Assembly: GCA_964016885.1 (NCBI GenBank)
Contig: OZ024750.1
Span: 46,314,001-46,378,000, forward strand
Source: Eledone cirrhosa
Lineage: Eukaryota
Reading direction: 5' to 3'
DNA length: 64,000 nucleotides
Shown here: positions 1-13,495 of the stretch, one piece after another
How the letters are laid out: the number at the start of each line of letters is the position of its first letter
Numbering within the stretch: the first letter of the stretch is position 1
Program-made: the position numbers and the translations under genes
Notes under the pieces: generated by a model
Databases searched by the model: none
What the model saw: the letters and a program-made list of their open reading frames with translations, nothing else
What the model was told of the DNA's origin: nothing

Positions 1-15
1 ATATATATATATATT

Positions 16-116
16 TAGGACCCCGATGGCTGAGCTCAAGCCGTTTCGACGACTAATTCTGGTCCAGAATTAGCCGTCGAAACGGCTTGAGCTCAGCCGT
101 CGGGGTCCTACTCGTT

Positions 117-120
<4 letters not shown>
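16..120. repeat. Fold-back hairpin (47-bp arms) between (TA)n tracts
   Basis: 16-62 is the reverse complement of 64-110 with 2 mismatches. Same family as 28586-28780, 12378-12486 and 61631-62010. Confidence 0.92.
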
Positions 121-176
<56 letters not shown>

Positions 177-812
177 ATATATATATATATTTATATATAC
201 AAATACATACATATACATATACATTCATATACACACACACCCGACATACACGCAGACTCACACACAGACAAACACAGACACACACATACATATATCAAGA
301 CAAGACATATTAATTAGATTCTAAGCCTGGCTTACCTACAACATGCTGTAAAGCAGAATAAGAACATGAACTAGATAAACGAAAATACAGCGAAACATGG
401 ATATAAGAAATATTTATCAATGAGAAGTTGGATATGAAAAACAATGGAAATAAATGAAGAGTTAAGATGGAGATCGATAGAGGATTTTCATATGTATTAA
501 CTAAAGTCACTCACAAAGATAAAACTCAACTGTAAAATAGCAACAACAACAGCAAATGCGAAGCTGATCTCTGTAGCCTGAACGGAAACCGAAACGAACA
601 TCAATATCGCCAGGATAAATAAAATAATCTATGTATCAGACATATTAGTCACAAACGAAAATGAGTATTTTTTTAGAACTCTTAATGTGAGTGGACGTGA
701 CATGGCCTAACGGTTAAGAGGTTTGTTTGGTAATCAGTAGTTTCCGGGTTCGATTCTATTGCGTGGTATCTTGGATATATGCCATTTATCATAATTACGC
801 TTTCACCTAAAT

Positions 813-1003
813 CAGGTATGTCAAACTGAGGGTTCCTCGAGGGCCACCCGAGTCACATATGTGTTTTCTGAGAGCCAAACATAACAACTAATTGCGTACA
901 TTACAACTAATATGTTTTTAAATTTTGTATTACGCTCGCGCTGTAAAAACCTTTGTGTGGGTCGCAGGTGTTCTTGTAAAGGGCCGCATGTTTAATATGC
1001 CTG
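813..1003. mobile_element. hAT-type MITE
   Basis: TIRs caggtatgtcaaac / gtttaatatgcctg; 8-bp TSD acctaaat / acctatat. Confidence 0.75.
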
Positions 1004-1208
1004 ACCTATATACTTGTAAATGAAATTAGGCAGAGGGGAAAGACTTTGTAATCGCATCAAAAATATTTCGTTTCATTTATTCCATTTATCGTTTTCGGTG
1101 CGCCCGGCCTATTAACTCACTCGATATGCAAATTAGGCTGCTCAGCCGTTAATATACATAAGGAAAGTATATACTTTCAGACGTTCAATCATCTGGCAGG
1201 AAGGTATA

Positions 1209-1249
1209 CGGTGCTGACGATAGCTAATAAGCTTGAAACTAGTGCATCG
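1209..1249 (+). ncRNA. Degenerate minimal hammerhead motif
   Basis: CGGTG-CTGACGA-TAGC-TAATAA-GCTT-GAAA-CTAG-TG-CATCG; the cleavage triplet GUG is non-canonical. Confidence 0.5.
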
Positions 1250-1459
1250 TTCCTTTGTCAGTGTTGAAAAAAAGGGCAACGATGGTTGTTAAACAATGTA
1301 CGGCTTAATTCGGGATGTTTGTTTACAAACAAACCAAGCATTATAATAAATGTTCGGTAAAGCCATACGTACATGTATATATGTGTGCATGTATGTATAT
1401 ATATACATACTACTGTACGTCTGTATACATATATGTATGTACGTATACATACTTATATA

Positions 1460-1494
<35 letters not shown>

Positions 1495-1507
1495 GTATGT
1501 ATATATG

Positions 1508-1541
<34 letters not shown>

Positions 1542-1659
1542 TATATACATACATAAATACATATATATATATATATGTATGTATATATAGTGTAGGTTAT
1601 TTAATAATGTATATTAATTATTGGAAGTGGCATCACTGTTAGTACTCAGTGCTACTACA

Positions 1660-2200
1660 TAAACGAGGTGTTTCTAATAGAAAGTTACTTCTTTGCACAG
1701 TATCAGTGTATTCTCTGTTTATAGTCAGTGAAGTCTGTCGTGGATACAACACTATTCGTCAGATAGTTTGGACACAATATCCTTACATCTAGCAGAGACT
1801 TTACCAGCAAGGATTAACAAGCTCTATTACGATTCACTGTTTGGGGCATAAAATGACACCATAGACATATAGATTTTTATAGCTAAAGCTTCAAGGGCTG
1901 TATCCTCCCTAATAATGGGATCCTGTCCATATCACATTCAGATAGTTGGGGGTTTGTGAGTATCCCCAGTCCCCTCTGTGAAATAATTTATGGCACTACA
2001 CCTAAATAGGGGAGTTTCCACGCGCCATCTAAATCTACGATATGAAAGCCACAGAACTTTGTTGGGGAAAGCCCGACTATATCTATCCGGTAATATCTGG
2101 CCTCCGCCATTAGATTCTATTTCTTACATGCAATGGTTGTAAAGTTTCAGTTGTTAATTGTTAAAGTTTGCTCCATTCTGGTCACAATTTATGGTCTCGG
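1660..2200 (-). mobile_element. Degenerate RTE endonuclease fragment
   Basis: Reads LMAEARYYRIDIVGLSPTK..GAWKL, FYAPNSES and LILAG. Confidence 0.6.
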
Positions 2201-2539
2201 GATATTCTTCAACTTTACAGTGTCCATCACACACCTCCTAGGTCATATCACAGGTCTATCGGCAGTTCTTGCAGCGTTGGATAGAGTCAGCAACTGGTTA
2301 GTAACAGTTGGATAGTAACTGGCACCTCTACATAAAGCCTGGACGATTCCTTTGTTGCTCACCATATTTGGTATTTTGCTGGTCTTATTCGCACCGGCCA
2401 CTGATTGGTTAGTTTTCTCAGACATGCGAAGACTAAGCTTCTTTAGAGGCGGCCTTTACACGTTAGAGATCCGGTCGCAGTTGGTGGATACCGAGATGGC
2501 CAAAATATACGATGGATAATTGCAATATCAGTGGACTCT

Positions 2540-3060
2540 ATTGACATGGAATCTACCCCTTCTGAAGCCCTCCCTCCTGGCTCAGAAGCACCATGGGTCC
2601 AGTGGAAGACACTCAACCGCCTGAGAACAGGAATGGGGAGATCAAAAGCTGCTATGGCCAGATGGAGATACAAGACCAGCCAAACCATCTGCGAATGCGG
2701 AGAGGAGGACCATACGATGCAGCCCTGCCTTGTTTGCCCTCTACTACCCAACCAGTGCAGCTTAAAAGATCACGCAGGATTTAATAATAATTGTTTCTAC
2801 TTTTGGCACAAGGCCGGCAATTACCCCAGTGCATTACTGGTACTTTTATTTTATCGACCCCGTAAGGATTAAAGGCAAAGTTATCCTCGGCGGGATTTGA
2901 ACACAGAATGGCAAGGGCCGTAATTCTATGCGTCAAAGCATGGCGTCCGACCCTCTACCGATACTGCCAATCCACCGAATAATAATGCAAAGGACTGTGT
3001 AAAGAAATAGGAAACTGTCATTTCACCACATGCTTCGAAGATACGAAAAGAAGAAGAACA
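2540..3060 (+). mobile_element. RTE/RTEX-like LINE 3' end with nested SINE
   Basis: Reads WKTLNRLRTGMGRSK..CECGEED.TMQ.CLVCP; (GAA)n tail; TSD agtggactct at 2530-2539 and 3061-3070. Confidence 0.8.
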
Positions 3061-4058
3061 AGTGGACTCTTTCAAGATATATAAGCAGCCATGAACCACA
3101 GCAGTAAACCATTAGTGCAGATGTAGCAATATATGACACTGTTAGCTTCCTCGAAATCTCTCATACGTGTGTATGTATGTACGTGCGTGTGTGCGTACGT
3201 GTGTGGGTGTGTGTATGTAATTATATGTGTATATACATTCATATATACAGACAAACATATATACATACAAACATACGTACATACATGCATTCATAAACAC
3301 ATACATATATACAGACAGACATATATACATAAATACAATACAAACATACATACATTCATATATCCATCAATCCATACATACAGACGTACATACATACATA
3401 TATACATACATACATACATACATACATACACACAGGCATACATGCATTCATACATCCATCCATCCATCCATCCATACATACACACATGCATATATACATA
3501 CATAAACACACAAATACATACACACAGTCATACATACACACATACATACACCCAGGCATACATACATACATACATACACACATACATACATACATACGTA
3601 AGTTCAAGTGTATACGTAATACGTATACGCATTCAATCTAAGAATACAATCCGATAAGAAATCCCCAATTACAATAGAAAGGCAACAACAACTGCACTAA
3701 CAACAACAACAACAACTGCACTAACAACAACAACAACAACAAAAGCACTGACAACACCAACATGATATGTAATGACAAAACAAGCAACAACATGCACAAC
3801 AAAGTCCGCAAAGAAAGACAAACGTAAGAAATAGATTATTTATTCACCTTAAGGAGGAAAATGTTTAAAAAATACAAGAGAATATATATTGAAGTGAAAT
3901 TTGAATAGATGATTATCAATATAATAGAGCTGAACATAGATTTAAAATGAGACGTTAAGAAATGTTTATATATATTAAATAAATTGTCTATTTTAAAATT
4001 GCTGAAGTAGTTAATATATTATGGATGATTTCAAGTAGCAAAACAAAGACTACATGAC

Positions 4059-4108
<50 letters not shown>

Positions 4109-4198
4109 GTGTGTGTGTGTGTGTGTGTGAGAGAGAGTTTATTTAAAGTCACAAAATATCTCTGCTAGCAAAACAAAAGCTGCACACACTCGAGCACA

Positions 4199-4291
<93 letters not shown>

Positions 4292-4339
4292 GTATATATA
4301 TTATATATATATATATTATACATACATACATACATAAGC

Positions 4340-5200
4340 ATAAGAATAACAGCATTGTTTTGATGGCCATTGATCTCGAGGAGAGACATGAAATAATATC
4401 TCTTAAATCTCTCTTCCAGGAATATAAGAAGACATTAGTTAATGATAAGAACAATACAAAAGAAGCGTCTACCAAGGTAATTGAGATGAAGAACGGAAAC
4501 TATAGAGATAATAAACCATACTAAAATGTATCATAGAGTTCCAAAAGTGTATAGCATCCCACCGTGAATGATACATCCATGAAATCCAGTTTCAAGAAAC
4601 TTTCCCCAATTGCCCAATAGAGGTATGTCATCAGATGACAATGATGTTAGCTTTGCAAAGCAAAGACCGAAGATGTAAGCACCATCATGGCCAATTGTGA
4701 AAAAAATATCTTCTCGTTACTACATCCCCATGTGGCATGATGTGGTAGCTACAACAATTTGAAATGCACTATGGAAAACGAAAATAAAAATAGATACCTA
4801 AATATTAAAACACAATCCGCTTCATATTGTCTCGGGTCACATATTAAAAACATGAACAGTTGTGTGACGTCATATGCCCAATCGATGTTAATGTAGTGAG
4901 AAAAATAAGAAGGATAATTACGAAGTATTGAGGTTGAGCTTTCAGATACAGTACCTAAAAACTATATTAAACTTCATACCTATTCTTTTCTGAGCTACAA
5001 TTTACGTACCAAGACGCCTGGACCAAATTATGATTGGATTTAGAATTGGGCAGAACTTATCTCCTTAATTCATTAGCTACAAATGGCTGAAGTATCAGAA
5101 CACTTCTAAATCTGTAAAACCATTTTTTTAATGATTTTAAGGAGAAAACATTGCACAAAGGAAGATGAAAATTCCTTTGTTCTTAGCAACCTTGCCACCA
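4340..5200 (+). mobile_element. Degenerate Penelope-like RT-thumb/GIY-YIG fragment
   Basis: Remnant motifs resembling H..SNHP...K..P..I..RI..LSSD and ..SYSCM.N; many stops. Confidence 0.45.
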
Positions 5201-5349
5201 TGAAGGTTCCCGTTCAGAACCAAACTCGAAATTAACAGAATGTGAACACATATACATACACACAGGAATGTCCAAATGATTTCATCCGAAAGAAACAGTT
5301 CTAGTCCTGTATATGTCATATATGTATATAACTAGAGGGGGAAGTGTAT

Positions 5350-5420
<71 letters not shown>

Positions 5421-5534
5421 CTCTTCCCTCTCTCTCACTCACTCACACTCTTCCTTCTCTCTCACTTCTCTCTGTCCCTTTCTTTCTTTCTCCCTTTGAC
5501 AACTCTCCTTTCCATATATTTACAAACATAAATG

Positions 5535-5876
5535 CATACATACATACACATACATACATACACATACATACATACACATACACATACATACATATACATA
5601 CATACTTACATATTCATAAATACATGAATATATAATTACATACATAATCAGCAATTCATATATCCATCCACACATATACACACACATACATACAAACATA
5701 CATACAAAGACATACATACATAAACACATACATATCAACACGCATACACTACATGCATACATATGTACACACACACAAACACAAATACATACATACACAT
5801 ACATACCCATACACACAAATACACACATACATACACACAAATACATACAAACTTACACACTAAAATACATACTTTC

Positions 5877-5919
<43 letters not shown>

Positions 5920-6690
5920 CACACACATATACATAGACATACATACATACAGACATACATACAAACATACATACACACATAAACACAGACACATATACAT
6001 ACATACATATACACATACATACACACATTCATACATATATACATACCTACATACATACATACATACATACACACATACATTACATACACACCCATACATA
6101 CATACATACACATATACATACATAGATACATACATACACACACATATACATTCATACATACATATATACCTACATACATACACACATACATACGTACTTA
6201 CATACACACACATATATACACATACATACATAGATACTTACACACACACACATACATTCATACATACATATATACCTACTTGCATACACACATACATACA
6301 TACACACACATACACACACACATAGATACATACATACAAATATATACACATACATACAAATATATACACATACATACATACAAAAACACATATACACATA
6401 CATACACACGTACATACATACATACCCACATACATACATACATACACACATACACACACATATACACATACATACATACACACATATATAAATACAAACA
6501 TACATACATACTTACACAAATACATACATACATACATAAATACACATATACATAGATACATAGATACATACATACATACACACATACATACATACATACA
6601 CACACACATACACACACACATACATACATACATACATACATACATACATACATACATACATACATACATACATACATACATACACACATA
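5535..6690. repeat. ~1.15-kb degenerate (CATA)n/(CA)n microsatellite
   Basis: Direct reading. Confidence 0.95.
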
Positions 6691-7255
6691 TACGGTCTAC
6701 GGAAACATCTGATACGAAGCAAGAAATTAGAAACGAAAAAAAAAAAAACCCGACGAAGACGATTAAGAAAAACAAAAACAACAAGAACAATTACAAGAGA
6801 AAAATACAAAAATACAAAAATACAATACATATCAACAAAAAAAAGACAAGATGGCGTGGTAGAAGCAATCAATAAGTCTTAACGCTTGCAATAACATATA
6901 CGATTAATAGAAAACAAAGCACGAAACAGGAAATAAATTGTATATATTTAAGAACATATACAAATATATATAAATATATATAAATATATGTAAATATATA
7001 CAAATATACACAAATATATATAAAGAAAAGAAATGACGCATCAGAATAGAAAATAAATTGAAGAGGAGTTTAAAGAAATGATGGCCGAGATAGATCAGAA
7101 AATAATTTTAAAATAAGACGTAAGAAATATATATATATATATATATATATACGTCAAATAAATTGTCTACATAGAGATTGGTAAATTATTGAATGTGATG
7201 AAGCCAGACAAATTATATGTGTGTTGTTTATGAGAGTGTATAAATAGACGATATG

Positions 7256-7291
<36 letters not shown>

Positions 7292-7334
7292 CATACATAT
7301 AAACATTTTACATATATATAGATACATATGTACC

Positions 7335-7409
<75 letters not shown>

Positions 7410-7436
7410 CTCTCTCTCTCTTTCTCTCGTTCTCTT

Positions 7437-7478
<42 letters not shown>

Positions 7479-7523
7479 GAATATATTTGTACATATATAT
7501 ATATTTACATATATGAATATATT

Positions 7524-7578
<55 letters not shown>

Positions 7579-7579
<1 letters not shown>

Positions 7580-8136
7580 GATAGTATAAAGACCAGGTAC
7601 CTCCATAGATAAAAAATGTATAATCTGTAAACTGAGCCCCCATATTAACTGTAAAACTAGAAGTGTAGTATATAGCATAAGATGTACTGAAGGACAATGT
7701 AAAGATAAGAATATAATGTACATAGGTGAGACAGCTCGTAGCATAGGGAAGGATTAAATGAACACTGGCGAGAACTCCAAGATAGAAAAGACTCATCAGT
7801 ACTACACCAACATGCTAAAATAGACCATAAGTGCAAATTAGAGAACTTAGAAATAAAAATAGAATCTACACACAGAAAAGAAGCAATGTTTAGACAAATC
7901 ACAGCGGCAATAAACATAAATGAACTCCAACCAAAATTAAATAGAAAACATGAATGGAATAGCAACATCACAACTTACAATTAAAGAGAAAATGAAAACA
8001 CACACACAGAACAAACAACGAACTAGTAACATGTAAATAAACAAATAAATAAACAAATAAAAACACACACAAACACCCGGATGTAACACATGCGCAAACT
8101 AAGCACACAACCCACACAAAAACAAGATTGCGTAGG
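7579..8136 (+). mobile_element. Penelope-like GIY-YIG fragment, same family as 42860-44705
   Basis: Reads [48 protein letters not shown]; nucleotide similarity to 43860-44490; begins at a (TA)n tract. Confidence 0.85.
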
Positions 8137-8232
8137 ACTCCACAATTCCGAAGTTTCGTCCAAAGAATGGAGTATTTTAAATTCCTCTCGTTTAATGACC
8201 ATTCTTTGGACGAAACTTCGGAATTGTGGAGT
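8137..8232. repeat. Inverted repeat, perfect 34-bp arms
   Basis: 8137-8170 is the reverse complement of 8199-8232; lies at the junction of two Penelope-like fragments. Confidence 0.9.
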
Positions 8233-10270
8233 TTACCGCAACTCTAGTATATCAAATAACTGTGCGCTCTGTACAATGGAGACCCTGTTGATTATTTATA
8301 ACTATGAGACCCTAATTAACAAAAAAAGTGAATTATTCTCAAGTTGCCTCCATAAAGCTACGCCTACATTCCTAGCCTCCCACAAAACCAGAAAAAAGTG
8401 AAAAAACACTAAGCCATTAAACTTGGTTTTCAGACGTAAATAACCAACAGGGGAAATACATTAATGGCCTTTAATATTGCATTATCTTATAACTATCTAT
8501 AGAAGAAATAACGCTCGAATGAATGACACTTGTTCAATAACACGCTGACACATTGATATACATAACATAATATTATTAACTTTGATCCATACCATTATTT
8601 CTCTATCTTTATTTTCCTATCTAAGTTTTAAATTTTAGCTTAAATATCCAACCTGTATATTTTTACGGAACATATTTTTAACTGTGAATCATTCACGTGT
8701 TTACATTTTTTTTTTATAACATGTATGAACTTATCTTTTGTAAGTTTTTGAATATACTTACCTTATTTTTCTATCCATGATTCAAATAGTGTAAATATCC
8801 AACCTGTAAATTTTTACGGACCTTATTTTGAACTCTGAATTATCCATGCATTTATTATTATTTTTCTTATATATATGTATGTATTTAACTGTAGCACGTT
8901 GAAATCTATTATATAAGATTATAATCGTTATCATTTACCAAAAATATACTGTATCACTAATACTTAATATATATCTATATATACCTCTCTGTATCCCTCT
9001 ATACCTAATTTTTAGATAACTTTTAAATTTTTAGATTTTGAACTGTGAATAATTCATGCCTTTACAGCCTTCTATATATGTATCTATTTAACTTTAGCAT
9101 GTTTGAATCTAGTATTTTATATTCGTTATCATTTACCTAAAATATACTGGCTCATTAATATTTAATATATCTCTATATACCTAATCGTTATTTTTGCAAA
9201 TAAGTCTATCTGTATAAAAGCATAATCTTATTATTAGTTACGTATATCTCAGCTTTTGATTTTTTTTTTTTTTGCATATATATCTATAGTGTATTATAAC
9301 ATAATTACCGTTTAGTTTAACGTATAGTTTGTACAAATATATAGTTTGTGCAAATATAGATATTTGTATAATAGCATATTTATTTGATGTACTTTAAGTA
9401 GAACTTATATAGAGATTTAATATAATATAACAAATATTAATTTATTACCATAATTCCACACATATATATATATATATAAGTTGCTGAAAACTCTGCGTTA
9501 ATCATTACACTAACTACTTGACAATTAATTTTTAGATATTTCTAACAATAAGTACTTCATAAGCTTTACATACCGAAAATGTTGACATTTTTATAGGTAA
9601 TTTTCGTTAAAGATTACATTTAGGAAAATATTCAACAGTGTAAATTGTCCTTTCGCTGGCCAGGTAAATCCTTTAAATTTTATCCTCATAAAATTCAGAA
9701 GTTTAGAAATGTTTTAACATATTTATAGAATTTATAAAATTAATAAATATAAATAACCATCAACTTTTAAAAACACATAAAATCTCGATTCTTCACCCTT
9801 AAAATAACATAAATTAGATATTTTGAAACTTAACCGTTTAGCTTTTAGGGAAAAAAAATCTCTTTCTGCATATATTACTCCCCTTTATCTTTCCCTCTCT
9901 TTAAATCCTTTTTCAGCGGCTTTCATAAACAGTTATAATTCATGAGACGTTTTCCTAGATAACCATAATTTGTAGTATCCTATATTTTAAAATCTCTATA
10001 GCTGTCACATTAACCAACGTTTTTCTTACTCACACATTCTCTATTGAATTTATTACGTTTTCGCATTTTCTCATTATTAGGGTATAAATGTTGAGGTTTC
10101 TCTTAGGTTAATCACTACCTTGATTACATCTTAACCATTTAACATCTCAGAGTTTGTCATGTAGTATTATATTCTGTCTGATGAGGACGTACTGTTGTAC
10201 CTCTGAAATATGTATAATAAAATTTAATTGATCAAAAGAACATCTATTTTATTAATATTTTATTAATATT
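8233..10270 (+). mobile_element. Penelope-like 3' end: GIY-YIG C-terminus, long AT-rich UTR with degenerate ~150-bp repeats, hammerhead-bearing terminus
   Basis: Reads SNNCALCTMETLLII..LINKKSELFSSCLH (C.LC..E....LNK..E..S.C.H). taaatatccaacctgta is repeated at 8641 and 8792. Hammerhead at 10171-10223, followed by (TA)n. Confidence 0.65.
10171..10223 (+). ncRNA. Hammerhead motif, same family as 36600
   Basis: ATTCTGT-CTGATGA-GGACGTAC..GTACCTCT-GAAA-TATGTA-TA-ATAAAAT. Confidence 0.72.
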
Positions 10271-10440
10271 AATATATATACATTATATATATATATATAT
10301 ACATATGAATATATTTATATATATATATATATATATATACATATGAATATACATATGAATATACTGTATATATATATAGATATAGATATATACATATATT
10401 GTATATATATATATATATATACATATGAATATACTGTATA

Positions 10441-10479
<39 letters not shown>

Positions 10480-10684
10480 CAACCTGTTAGTTCAACCTGT
10501 TAATTCTTTCGTTACTTTGGTACTGTGTGTTAGATTTTGCCTACCACAATGTTCAATTTGTCAAGATATTTAAACGTATGTTATTACTCTAAGGACCTAC
10601 CTTGTCGAGTGCTTTGCTAACTCATTCATATCGTAGGTCGAATTTGCCTGCACACCGCCAAAGATTAGATTTTACTAAGCCTCC

Positions 10685-10758
<74 letters not shown>

Positions 10759-10844
10759 GAATATACTGTATATATATATATGGAGAATAGACATGGCTGT
10801 TTAGTTGCTTTTAAGCTATCTTAAAATGGAGTGGGAATAAGAAG

Positions 10845-11639
<795 letters not shown>

Positions 11640-11647
11640 ATATATAT

Positions 11648-12061
11648 GTAGAAGGTGAGTTTTATTGTAGTACAATAAAGCAATGCAGATATCGGATAAG
11701 AAGCACTCTACAGTTTGTGGGACTGGAGTATGCATAATATAAGATCAAAAGATGGTTAAAGGAGTTCCATATATTTTATTATGCGCATTTCAAAAACTAA
11801 CATCATCAAGCAATAATATTTGTGTTTTCATCAGATAAAACAGGAGAACATGATATGAAGGCTAAAAAACACTTGTTGATAGTGCAGTTATTTATGTTGA
11901 TATGTTGATTTAAAACTGCACTATCAACAAGTGTTTTTTAGCCTTCATATCATGTTCTCCTGTTTTATCTGATGAAAACACAAATATTATTGCTTGATGA
12001 TGTTTGTTTTTGAAATGCGCATAATAAAATATATGGAACTCCTTTAACCATCTTTTGATCT

Positions 12062-12069
<8 letters not shown>
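11648..12069. repeat. Fold-back with ~156-bp arms plus one-sided tail, hammerhead in each arm
   Basis: Arms 11734-11889 and 11914-12069 are near-perfect; tail 11648-11733; (TA)n on both sides. Confidence 0.93.
11963..12029 (+). ncRNA. Minimal type I hammerhead ribozyme motif (mirror copy on minus strand, 11774-11840)
   Basis: TTTTAT-CTGATGA-[stem II AAACACAAATATTAT..GATGATGTTTGTTTTT]-GAAA-TGCGCA-TA-ATAAAA; stem III is palindromic. Confidence 0.8.
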
Positions 12070-12118
<49 letters not shown>

Positions 12119-12625
12119 GGTATAGCAATAACTTTGTGGTATTGTCATTTAGACTATTCAAAGAGTATGCAAAGCTTTTCAATACGTTTTAGAAGTCATG
12201 ATGTCAGCATTTCTTCTCACGTTTTAAGACCTGGTCATTGACACAGTTCTGCTGCAAATTAGCAATAAAGATGTGTATGTGTGTGTGTATGTGTGTGTGT
12301 AAGTGTGTAAGTGTGTGTGCGTGCGTATGTGCGTGTGTGTGTATTTATGTTTGTATGTGTGTTATATATATATATATAAGGAACCAGATGGACCATAACG
12401 CACCAGAGTACTCAATACTTGGGGTAGTAGAGTAATAGCTGTCGAAACGGCTTGAGCTCTGCCGTCGGGTTCTTGAACATTTTCATATATATATATATAT
12501 ATATACAGAGAGGGAGAAAGAGAGAGAAAAGGAGAGGAACAGAGCGGCAGACATATACAGAAATGAAATATTCAGACTGATAGATAAATAGATTGATAGA
12601 TAGAATGATAGGTAGGTAAATAGTC

Positions 12626-12688
<63 letters not shown>

Positions 12689-12689
<1 letters not shown>

Positions 12690-13155
12690 TTCTTTATTTG
12701 CGACAAGGGCGCACAAGAAAAGGGAACAATACAAAGACACATGCCGGGGATTTTACATACAGTTGTGTAAAAATATTGAAACAAACAATTATAACAATCG
12801 AAATCCCCAATAGGGAGAGGCGCCACAAACAGCTTGTTTAATACCCCATCGATAGAACAACCCTCAACTTCAGGAGCGTGTTGTGCAAGTGCTCCTTTCT
12901 TCCTTTTGCTCTCTTTTTTAACCTACAAGCTTATAAACAGAGAAGGCCACATTTCAGTAAATTTACTGGGGTGCAATGCCTCTCTCTCCACTCTGATTCT
13001 CCTTCTAAAGTGATACTTAAAGAAGGGAATCAATTGTTGACCGGAGAGAAACTCATCTGTCCTCAGTCCTCTCAATTTCGCCCACCATATGACCTCTTTT
13101 AGCATAGCCACTGTACAGAGGAAAACCGCCCCTGTACAAAGAGCGAGACTTCTCC
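12689..13155 (-). mobile_element. Second Tx1 3' fragment (diverged subfamily) in the same (GATA)n array
   Basis: Encodes AMLKEVIWWAKLRGLRTDEFLSGQQLIPFFKYHFRRRIRVEREALHPSKF, homologous to the ORF2 C-terminus. Ends CAAATAAAGAAATCTATC, with GATA repeats on both sides. Confidence 0.9.
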
Positions 13156-13231
<76 letters not shown>

Positions 13232-13495
13232 TATTTCTTTTATTTGCCACTAGGGCATCAAAAGTGGGACAAGTACAAAGGGGGGAGTTTACACAAAAAG
13301 GCGTCCTCAATAAGGAGGAGGCAATAACAAAATATAAAAATAAAATAAGATATAACAAAAAATAAAATTTTTAACAAAATCCTCAATAGAGAGGAGGCGC
13401 CTTGGGGGGTCGCACACACCCCCGAAAAAAGTGTGCAACCCTTCTCCTCAGGAGCACAGAGAAGGGGTGCTCCCTTGGTCTTTCATCTTCCTCAC

